The notes under the pieces: model-generated
What the model saw: the letters and a program-made list of their open reading frames with translations, nothing else
Databases searched by the model: none
What the model was told of the DNA's origin: nothing
NCBI GenBank assembly: GCA_964016885.1
Contig: OZ024741.1
Span: 150,660,001 to 150,724,000, forward strand
From: Eledone cirrhosa
Taxonomy: Eukaryota
DNA: 64,000 nucleotides
Reading direction: 5' to 3'
Translations under genes and position numbers: made by a program
Shown: positions 1 to 8,956 of the stretch, in pieces
How positions within the stretch are numbered: position 1 is the stretch's first letter
Layout of the letters: every line of letters starts with the position of its first letter

Positions 1-128
1 CATCTGATATATCTCTAAATTATATTTTGTACAATAATTACCATATGGATAATTAAATTGAAGCAAATTTCTTGTATTAATTGTTGTGTGCGAGTGGGTG
101 TGTCCTTTTTGGTAAAGTATTGTGTGAA

Positions 129-329
129 GAGTTCCAATCTTTTGGAGATTTATGGGTTAGACCTACATGTTAGCAGTGCTTCCTTTATTCACAAGTTACC
201 CACATTTCTCTCTCTGGCTCCAATATTGACTATTATGTTTTTGTTGGTGTTTTTACATTTGTCAATATGCTTTTTAATTGAGGATGTGTGTGTGTTAAGG
301 TATTCTTCATTGCAGGTGTGGTACGACTC
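129..329 (-). mobile_element. Decayed Penelope-like element remnant, C-terminal part of the GIY-YIG endonuclease region
   Basis: My minus-strand translation is ESYHTCNEEYLNTHTSSIKKHIDKCKNTNKNIIVNIGARERNVGNL*IKEALLTCRSNP*ISKRLEL. It follows the PLE endonuclease tail pattern (R..EH...SSI..H...C...I...E......IKEAL.I....P..N) and has two in-frame stops. Confidence 0.6.
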
Positions 330-534
330 CACCACCATACACACACATACATATATTTCACTGGATAATTAATTCATCAATCATTTGCATAATCAGCTAA
401 TTAATTAATTGCTAAAGTAATTTCGTCAGATGTGGGGAAAGAACTTTGACAATAAATACATTATTTCATTGATCAACTTTGACAATCAACTAAATGCTTT
501 TTTAATTGATTGATTAGTGGATTAATTATCTGAT

Positions 535-634
535 TAATAATTATTTCTAACATTAGCACAATGCCAGCAAATTGGGAGAAGGGGAACGTCAATTATAATG
601 ACCCCCAGTATTTAACTGGTACATATATTTTGAC
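535..634 (-). mobile_element. Degenerate 3' part of a tRNA-type SINE
   Basis: taataattatttctaacattagcacaatgccagcaa...cccagtatttaactggtac is homologous to the tail of the SINE copy at 1345-1410 (taataattgtttctacgttaggcacaaggccagcaa...cccagtgcattactggtac). Confidence 0.65.
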
Positions 635-749
635 TGGTAGCAAGACTCTCTAAAATTTCAATAATCGACAGTCGATCGACTTTCGTTAAATCGGACCGAG
701 GAAACAATGTTAGTCTTTCCAATTGCTAATACTATCTATCGGTCGCAAC

Positions 750-880
750 TCCAGATAGAAGGAGCAACGTGAAATAAAGTGTATTGCTCAAGGACATAAC
801 GCATCGCCCGATTCAGGAATCGAACTCACAACCTTACGATTACGAATCCAGTTCTCTTACCACTCAGCGACGCGCCTTCA
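750..880 (-). mobile_element. tRNA-derived SINE of a second family (head plus CORE-like region)
   Basis: Minus strand reads tgaaggcgcgtcgctgagtggtaagag (A-box-like), then gttcgattcc (B-box, 816-825), then gtccttgagcaatacactttatttcacgttgctcc, a CORE-SINE-like central segment. Confidence 0.7.
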
Positions 881-1245
881 ACAATATCCATGTCTAATAT
901 TATAAAACATATCGTGTGAAATGTACATTGTAGAATAAAGGCACCCATTTTAATTTCTTTAATTTTTATCAATATTTCTTTATTGCTTCTATGCTCACTC
1001 ATTGTCACGTCACGGATTATAGAATGCGCCTGCATGTGCGCTCGTATAATATACAATATGCTTGTTTGGATTTGTGTGTGTGTTACATATACGTCTAAGT
1101 ATTTTTTTATGAGGAAGTTCCAATGCTGCTTTCTTTTTCTCTATTTTTAACCAAACAAAAATAAAATGCTACACATGTTCGAAAACTAAGAAAAAAAAAA
1201 AAATTAATAGCTGCAAACGACATTCTGCTTTATTACGTAATATTT

Positions 1246-1269
1246 ATATATATATATATATATATATAT
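1246..1269. repeat. (TA)n microsatellite
   Basis: Direct observation. Confidence 0.95.
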
Positions 1270-1311
1270 TTGTTTTGCAAGGTTTTTATATGAAATCGTG
1301 TGTCGAAACAA

Positions 1312-1667
1312 ATATTGTTATACTTGGGGAGGGTCATATTGTTGTAATAATTGTTTCTACGTTAGGCACAAGGCCAGCAATTACCCAGTGCATTACTGGT
1401 ACTTTATTTTATCGACCCCGTAAGGATGAAAGGCACAGTTAACCTTGGCGCGATTTGAACTCAGAATGGCAAGAGCCGTAACTCTATAGTCAAAGCATGG
1501 CGTCCGACCCTCTACCAATACTGCCATGCGAGAAATAATAACAGAACACACTCACTGTTTGGTTGGTTTTCGCTTCTGTATCTTTTATATCTCCATAGTT
1601 AATTTATTTGGCAATCAATGTTTATCATTGACTGACCAACGGTTAAAAATACAGATATAAATATATA
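1312..1667 (+). repeat. Left arm of a long inverted repeat (partner 3317-3499), interrupted by a SINE
   Basis: 1312-1350 is the reverse complement of about 3461-3499. 1556-1667 is the reverse complement of about 3317-3428 with only 2 mismatches. Confidence 0.9.
1351..1530 (-). mobile_element. Short tRNA-type SINE (about 180 bp), same subfamily as 6577-6757
   Basis: Minus strand: tggcagtattggtagagggtcggacgcc (A-box-like), gagttcaaatc (B-box), gcctttcatccttacggggtcgataaaataaagtaccag (central domain resembling the Meta-SINE-type core, from memory), tail gtagaaacaattatta. Confidence 0.85.
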
Positions 1668-2057
1668 TGCACATGCAACGAAAGAACTTTGTTTGACTAT
1701 ATATATATATATCAAACCTAGTAACTAATAATAATAATAATAAAAATAAAATTAAAGACCTATGTCAGAGATAGCACTAGACCACCACCTTTTAATTTAT
1801 CCAACTAGACCTTCACGAATATAGGACTGCACCTTAATTAAAAGACCACACTGACCTACATACAGTCAATACATCCCTGTTTGATCTATTACATTATGCA
1901 ATGAAAAGATTTAAATGATATAGACACCCTAATAAATTCCCAATATACAACACCAACTAAATAGCAGACAACTGTGTATATAACTCCAATTACTCCAGTA
2001 TATATTATGCAACTCACTATCTTGTCATAAAAAACTTCAACTATCTCCACACAATCT

Positions 2058-2220
<163 letters not shown>

Positions 2221-3012
2221 TATACATTCTCACACATATGTATATACCTTATATTATATATACATATACTAACTATGTAAAAACTATCTAGTTATAATAA
2301 ACTAATTAAAAAATGTTTTTAACTCCCTCCAGACAAGTTTAAAAGATAACAATTATATAACCAATAATATTTTATATTTTATATACTATATAAAGATTAA
2401 TTTAAAACACTACCACAACATTAAAACAACCCTTAATTTATCAACAACCTTAATTACCTCCCTTTGTTATTAACCCCCTTTACAACTTCCTGTGTAAACT
2501 TATAAAATTAAACAACATAACGGGTCACCAACAGCTTAATAACGGTTAATACAAACCCTAGAAAAGATAATTTGTAGATAAAAAATGCATAAAATAATAT
2601 ACCTAAAATAACAACATGGCCAGTAATTCGACGGAATTTACATTTAACAAACAAACATCTATTGACTATAAACGACTTAAAATAATCCCATGGTTACTAG
2701 ATGTGAGTAACAAACAACATGCACACATACATACGAACTACAACACAAAAACACTTAAATGAAAATCACATACCCAACTCTATCACGTGCTTTGCATTAC
2801 ACCTTACATAACAAACACCTACATTATCACCATATGCCTCACTAACAAATTTCACATCTTAAACATTTAACAATAACATGCTTTAACGCCCCACACAAAA
2901 TATGTTTATTTCAACTGCATTATAACTCTTTCCTCATACATGCATTATTGACTGTATTGACTCCTGCATTGTACACCAATTTTCCTTGCTTATAACTTTT
3001 TTGCCTGTTTCT

Positions 3013-3060
3013 TTAGCTTGTGATTTTTTTAGCTTGTGATTTTTTTGCTTGTGATTTTTA
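3013..3060 (+). repeat. Three tandem copies of a ~17-bp unit (gcttgtgatttttt)
   Basis: tagcttgtgatttttt / tagcttgtgatttttt / tgcttgtgattttta. Confidence 0.85.
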
Positions 3061-3226
3061 CTTATACCTCTTACACTTCCAACCAGTGCTGCCTGTAATT
3101 GTGTTCTTTCATGCAGAACATCTTTTTAACTCCTGACTCTCCACATGATGCCTTTGACCCTAATAACAATTATGTACCCTAAATGTTCTAAATGACTGGG
3201 ATTTTAGTTAAATGTTGCGACATTCC

Positions 3227-3278
3227 TTATGCTCCGATGATTCCAGACTTCCCTCTGGAAGAAACAATTGTCAGCTAA
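3227..3278 (+). ncRNA. Minimal type-I hammerhead ribozyme motif of the PLE type, with a core variant
   Basis: gct-CCGATGA (3234-3240; consensus CUGAUGA), perfect 7-bp stem II ttccaga/tctggaa (3241-3260), GAAA, palindromic stem III acaattgt, GTC triplet (3270-3272), then agc closing stem I. Confidence 0.7.
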
Positions 3279-3316
3279 TAAATATTGTAAACTAAAATTT
3301 GATCATTTTAACACTT

Positions 3317-3499
3317 TATATATTTATATCTGTATTTTTAACCGTTGGTCAGTCAATGATATACATTGATTGCCAAACAAATTAACTATGGAGATATAAA
3401 AGATACAGAAGCGAAAACCAACCAAACATTGAATGTGTTATATTATTATTTCTGGCAATATTATTACAACAATATGACCCTCCCCAAGTATAACAATAT
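3317..3499 (-). repeat. Right arm of the long inverted repeat (partner 1312-1667)
   Basis: Reverse complement of the left arm without the SINE. Confidence 0.9.
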
Positions 3500-3531
3500 A
3501 TATATATACACACATATATATATATATATAT

Positions 3532-4066
3532 ATATGAATAACATTAGTCCTTCATCAGTGATCTTCCAACCTTCATTGGTATTTCATCGCTTTAAAAATC
3601 ATATACCTCTGGTTGGTGCGAGCAATAACTAAATAAAGTTATTGGGACAAGTAAAATAGGGTGAAGCGAGCGAGACATGTAAACAAACAAAGATGGTATT
3701 GCAACGGAAAGATAGGAAGAGACAAGTACATGATATCTATAAGCTTAAGCTTGGTGAAATCATGGACGAGAGATACAGACCATCCAACCTGGGTGAGATG
3801 TGAGCGAGAAAAGGATTTCACACAGGTCAAATGGGAGGAAGTGAGAGAGGGGGAGAAGCAGAGAGTGAGTGTAAGTGTGAGGAAGAGGCCAGCCGAGAGA
3901 GAGAGTATGACTGGCAGAGGGGGTAAAAAGAAGGTGAGAGATACAGAGAGAGGGGAAGCAGTAAGAAAGAAACAGACAGGTCGCAGCTGAGGAAAAAGTA
4001 TAAATATAAGAAAAATGAAGTGCTGCGTGGTTGCACATGGGTTACATATGAATAAAATTAGTCCTT
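3532..4066. repeat. Segment bounded by a 21-bp direct repeat with 1 mismatch
   Basis: atatgaataacattagtcctt (3532-3552) and atatgaataaaattagtcctt (4046-4066). Confidence 0.7.
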
Positions 4067-4762
4067 GCAGGAGGTTGAGACTGTGTTGATGAGTGTGGGG
4101 CTGAGAATGAATGAGACTAAAACAAAATATATGGTAGAGAATGTTGAGAAACCAGAGGGGATCACTAATGTAGGCGGGAAGCCGCTAGAATTGGTTGAGG
4201 ACTTCCTGTATTTGGGAGCAAAGATTGGGAATACGGAAGATGATTTGGTTGAGAGGAAGAGCAAAGCCTGGGCGGCGTGCCACAGCTTGAGATCGGTGTG
4301 GAAGTCGGACCTTCGTAAAGACCTGAAAATCCGCCTCTTCATTGCTTAGTGGAGTCTGTGCTGCTGTACGGGTCTGAGACTTGGACACTGACCAAGAAAC
4401 TCACTCAGATGGTGGATGTGTGCTACACGAGAATGCTGAGGATGGCTCTGAACATTAATCAGTATACACTGAGGATGAAAAACTCAGAACTGTATGGAAG
4501 CCTCCCAAAAGTCAGCCCAAAAGTGACACAGAGGAGACTGAGGTTAGCTGGACATGCTCACCGACATCCAGAGTTGATATTGCACTCAGTGCTCCTGTGG
4601 GAGCCCCTACATGGACACACTGGAAGACCAAGGTTAACGTATGTTGATTCCCTAAGGACAGACACTGGTCTGTTGGAGACGCAAGACATGGCAGCGATAA
4701 TAAGGGACAGAGACCGCTGGAGAGAATTGGTCCATGAATCTCGGGAATTTTACCCGCTCTAG
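4065..4762 (+). mobile_element. 5'-truncated RTE/RTEX-type LINE, C-terminal RT/thumb region, frameshifted near 4347
   Basis: Two consecutive ORFs give GLRMNETKTKYM...VEDFLYLG...KAWAA...LKIRLF / ESVLLYGSETWTLT...YTRMLR...RRLRLAGH...GRPRLTY, typical RTE-superfamily motifs. Confidence 0.88.
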
Positions 4763-4958
4763 AATATATGTAAATTGATAGACGAGATGAATAAATAAAC
4801 AGATATCCAGCGAGAAACAGAGAGATGGAAAATGAAATACATAAGTAGACAAATGGACATCCGGAAACAATGTTTTCCTCTCGTGCATACACTGTTTATC
4901 CAGATCTGTAGTCGATTTCAGTTCATTTCGCCTATCATTACGCATTCGTTACTGGAAG

Positions 4959-5036
4959 TCAAGACAGACGTAAATATCCGCGTATAGATCGTACTAACGG
5001 ATAGTACGATCTATACGCGGATATTTTACGTCTTGA
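4959..5036. repeat. Near-perfect palindrome: 25-bp perfect stem with a 5-nt loop
   Basis: aaatatccgcgtatagatcgtacta (4972-4996), loop acgga, tagtacgatctatacgcggatattt (5002-5026). It extends outward with small indels. Confidence 0.92.
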
Positions 5037-5562
5037 TGTAGTAGCTAAGTATATGTTATGTTTATACCTTTACTTATTTGCATAGGTAAGTATATATTAC
5101 CTGTATGTTTTGTGAAGGTACGTATATTTTCTCGTACGGTTATTTGATTGTATATGTTTGGCGTATATTTTATATATTCTGGTACATATGCTTTTGGTTA
5201 TGTGTATACGTGAGTTTTGCGTGTGTGTGAGTATGCGGGTTCGTACGTATGTAGGGTGTGTGTATATATGTACTTCGTGTTTTGGTTGACGTACGCCTCC
5301 GAACATATGTGTATTTACATGTAGGTATGTGTGTGCGCTTGTTATATACGTATTTATTTATTTATATACGTTTATCTAATTATTTGTATACACGCACACA
5401 CACACATTTATATGTGTGTGTATTTGTATACCTATGGCGAGTGTTTTCGCGTATGCTTGTGTATGTAAGTATATGGATGCGTGTATGTATTTATTTAATT
5501 TCAATTACCTCTGTATTTTATTTACTTTATTCTTAACTCTGAAGCCGAGAATCATTCGGTTT

Positions 5563-5845
5563 CCTAGTTAGAATTTTAGTCTACGACGTCAGTTATACCA
5601 TTTACGTGGTTTTGTCTTTGCGTGCAATTATTCTCTACGCTCCACATATGACGTATTATCTTCGTTTTTTCCGTTCATTGCCAGAGAACGTCTCCATGAA
5701 CCACCTAATAGAATATTAGTCTACGACCTCTTTTATACCATTAACGTGGTTTTGTCTTCGCGTACAATTGTTTTTCACCGCTCCAATAATGACGTATTAT
5801 ATTCGTTTTTTCCCGTTCTTTGCCAGGGAATGTTTCCACGAACCA
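5563..5845 (+). repeat. Diverged tandem duplication, two units of about 141 bp
   Basis: cctagttagaattttagtctacgac...gaacca (5563-5703) aligns with cctaatagaatattagtctacgac...gaacca (5704-5845). Confidence 0.88.
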
Positions 5846-5998
5846 AAGTATCGTCTTCCTGTCTTCCTCCGGTTGCAACGTTTTTTGAAATATTCACTTC
5901 TGCGTTCACAGATTGACTTTATTAGTTTCAGAAGATTCCGTTAAGGATGAAAGCAGCGATTCTTTGCTTAAACTTTAATCTGTTATTTTAATAAATAA

Positions 5999-6002
<4 letters not shown>

Positions 6003-6080
<78 letters not shown>

Positions 6081-6296
6081 CATACATATATACATATATA
6101 TATGTGTGTTTGTGTGTTTGTATATATACATATTATATGTATATTATATATATTATATATATTATATATATATACTACATACATATATATATATATGTCT
6201 GATGAAAACGTACTTAAACACCATTGTACCTTTGAAATATGTATAATAAAATATGTATTTTGATTATGAGAATATTTTTCATTTATTAATATTTTG

Positions 6297-6367
<71 letters not shown>
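6003..6367. repeat. Two (TA)n microsatellites (6003-6074, 6302-6367) flanking an AT-rich insert
   Basis: Direct observation. Confidence 0.93.
6196..6250 (+). ncRNA. Second hammerhead-like motif (degenerate)
   Basis: CTGATGA (6199-6205), stem II aaacgtac/gtaccttt (7 of 8 pairs), GAAA (6234-6237), tatgtata, aataaa. Stems I and III are weak. Confidence 0.45.
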
Positions 6368-6370
<3 letters not shown>

Positions 6371-6506
6371 AAACCACGAGTCCGGTGAGCTATTGATTCC
6401 AGTCGGGAGCGATTGATACTGATCGTACCTTGAGCTGATCGATTATGAAACTCGCGTCACAGGTGAATAAAGATAATGATGATATTTTGATAACTCGTTC
6501 CAATTC

Positions 6507-6576
6507 ATTAAAATAAAGTACCAATAATGTACTGGGTAATTGCTGGCCTTGTGTCTAAAGTAGAAACAATTATTAT
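6507..6576 (+). mobile_element. 3' fragment of the short SINE
   Basis: aaataaagtaccaataatgtactgggtaattgctggccttgtgtctaaagtagaaacaattatta matches the SINE tail. Confidence 0.8.
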
Positions 6577-6756
6577 ATTCGGTAGAGGGTCGGACGCCAT
6601 GCTTTGACGCAAAGAGTTACGGGCCTTTCCATTCTGAGTTCAAATCCCGCCGAGGAGGTTAACATTGCTTTCATCCTTACGGGGTCGATAATATAAAGTA
6701 CCAGTAATACACTGGTATAATTGCTAGCCTTGTGCCAAAAGTAGAAACAATTATTA

Positions 6757-6757
<1 letters not shown>
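6577..6757 (+). mobile_element. Short tRNA-type SINE, near full length
   Basis: ggtagagggtcggacgccatgctttgac...ttctgagttcaaatcccgccgagg...ctttcatccttacggggtcgata...gtagaaacaattattat; colinear with the copy at 1351-1530. Confidence 0.87.
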
Positions 6758-6799
<42 letters not shown>

Positions 6800-6811
6800 T
6801 TCTCTCTCTCT
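6758..6811. repeat. (TCTA)n-(TC)n microsatellite containing the left target-site duplication (6790-6811)
   Basis: atctatctatttctctctctct at 6790-6811 is identical to 12609-12630. Confidence 0.93.
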
Positions 6812-7042
6812 TAATCTAGCTGTCGTCTGTTCTACAGTGTGGATGTCATTCACTTCGCACAGAAGTTTTGTTCAAATTTATTGAGGAAATTTTGTGAGTT
6901 CAAACTTAATTTTGATACAATTGTGTAGCTTGACCCTCCGTCTGAACTGTCAGGCGGTGGGTCAGCTCATCTTTACCCCTCCTAGAGGTGAAAAACCTGT
7001 TTTAAAAAATTTTGTGTAAAAAATTTCAATCGTCTAACAGAA

Positions 7043-8923
7043 ATGTTAAACGCAGCGAACGAAAATAGTGGTGGGGGGACAGCGGTAAGAGTTGTAAGCT
7101 CGCACGCTTTAGTCCTCCCTTCCTTCCCAACTAACGTCATAGAGAAGGAAGGAAAAATGAAAATAAAAACGGACGAATCTGCGGAGGAAAAAAAATTAAA
7201 TGACGAAAACAACGAAAAAAAAAAATTTGAAAAATTGCATGACAATACTAATAACACAAACAAAGACACAACAAACAAAAAAATAACAGTTGAAAATAAC
7301 ATAATATCAGAAAACAAAGCAGACGACAAGATTTCTTTTGCACAGAAAACAAAGAAATCTTTGACTTATATAGCGGAAAACATTTCAGATGTGGTACGAA
7401 GGATCACGGACGCAAAACAATACATAAGTGAAGGTGAGAATGGTATTTTATTGGTAAAAATGCCTCAAGAATTCACGAAAGACATTGAAAGCCGAACGGT
7501 CAAGTTTCGGACCATCAACAACAGTACAAAAAAACCTGAACAGCCTTCTCAAGCAGATATCAAAACAGTACTCGCAGAAGTACTGAATGAAACAACTTTC
7601 ATAAGAAAAGACAGACTGTATGGAAGCCTAGCAATTATCATGAAGAACGAATCGGCGGCAAAAAAATGTGCTTTGTCACCGATTCGTTCGAAAAATTTCA
7701 CCTTTTATCCATCTTATATGGGGAAAAAAACTCAACGCATATGGCTGGATGCAATGATGCCAGATGTGGACTACTGCTGGCTCATAGCTGGCTTCATCGA
7801 TCCAGTGAATGACAACGTGATTTCCATTGGGAAAACCACAGGCAATGCGTTCAGTGGAACAGGTATAGAGCTGGTAGTACAAATGAAGCCTGAACGCATC
7901 GCCCAAATACCCGACAGAATCCTATTAGAGGACCACGGGTATATAAACATTAGCGTGGAGGGGAGAAGGCCGTCCTGCCATATCTGTGCAGGCAGAGGGC
8001 ACCTGAAGGCCGCTTGTCCCCAACTCAACAAAAAGAAAACCCTGCTACCAACACCAGCTCCACCACCACCACCACAACAGATAAACAAACAACAAAACTC
8101 AGTCCCACCCAACCCGTCCCTCAGTAACACCACAACACCACCACAACACAAACAGTCACAACACATTACCCCAAAACAAAATACAGGCCCACCCAACCTC
8201 TCACTCAATAAAACAACACAACCACCGCAGACACAACACACAACACAGTCTAACATAGTGACATCCATCTCCCCCACAAAGAAAACCAACACGGAAACAT
8301 TACCAGCAAACATACCTCTTCCCTCCAACACTGAAGATAACCCAACGAATTCGGAGGAAGAAACGGAGTCCTTCAGACAGATTAAAAGGAAAAAAAGAAA
8401 ACATGTGCAAAACACACAAGGACAAACAACCCCCACCCAAATCGCAACACAATCTAACAAAACAGAAAACACCCCTCCAGCAACAAACAAAACCAAACCT
8501 GCCCCTCCCCTCTTCGAAACACTCACACCATCGGAAAAAAAGACATTACACTATACTTACATCAACAGAAACAATAATAAATTAAATGAACTCATATACA
8601 ATAATCCTTCGGTACAAACCGAAGGTGTAAACTTTGTTTCATCAGAAAACCACCCACATTTAAAACTAATAAAAATCCCAATGAACCTCTACCAAAAACT
8701 AAAAAAGGATTTTAAGGAGGACGTAGGACCACCCTCTGTCAAACCCATAAACCGCGTCCTACTAAAAAGCTTTCCCCCTCCCCTTCCCCTCCCCAACACA
8801 ACTCCAAACACCCCAACCCCACCACACACCGACGACCCCACACCACCACAAGACACCCCTTCACCCAACACCCCCGACCCCATGGAAGTCGTGCAACCCG
8901 AACCCCGGGAAGCGGAAAGGTAG
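7043..8923 (+). CDS. Retrotransposon ORF1p (gag-like nucleic-acid-binding protein), 626 aa
   Basis: Uninterrupted ORF upstream of ORF2. It has CHICAGRGHLKAAC (CX2CX4HX4C), a probable RRM-like region before it, a P/T/Q-rich tail and a basic KRKKRK patch. Confidence 0.9.
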   Translation: MLNAANENSGGGTAVRVVSSHALVLPSFPTNVIEKEGKMKIKTDESAEEKKLNDENNEKKKFEKLHDNTNNTNKDTTNKKITVENNIISENKADDKISFAQKTKKSLTYIAENISDVVRRITDAKQYISEGENGILLVKMPQEFTKDIESRTVKFRTINNSTKKPEQPSQADIKTVLAEVLNETTFIRKDRLYGSLAIIMKNESAAKKCALSPIRSKNFTFYPSYMGKKTQRIWLDAMMPDVDYCWLIAGFIDPVNDNVISIGKTTGNAFSGTGIELVVQMKPERIAQIPDRILLEDHGYINISVEGRRPSCHICAGRGHLKAACPQLNKKKTLLPTPAPPPPPQQINKQQNSVPPNPSLSNTTTPPQHKQSQHITPKQNTGPPNLSLNKTTQPPQTQHTTQSNIVTSISPTKKTNTETLPANIPLPSNTEDNPTNSEEETESFRQIKRKKRKHVQNTQGQTTPTQIATQSNKTENTPPATNKTKPAPPLFETLTPSEKKTLHYTYINRNNNKLNELIYNNPSVQTEGVNFVSSENHPHLKLIKIPMNLYQKLKKDFKEDVGPPSVKPINRVLLKSFPPPLPLPNTTPNTPTPPHTDDPTPPQDTPSPNTPDPMEVVQPEPREAER

Positions 8924-8956
8924 GTCTCTACACTCTCCTTTGGCTCTGCCGCCCAC

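Noticed and set aside
790-880. tRNA gene
   Set aside because: A/B boxes continue into a SINE core and no complete cloverleaf is evident, so it is treated as a SINE head.
3661-3990. 109-aa basic ORF
   Set aside because: Arises from GA-rich low-complexity sequence; no domain features.
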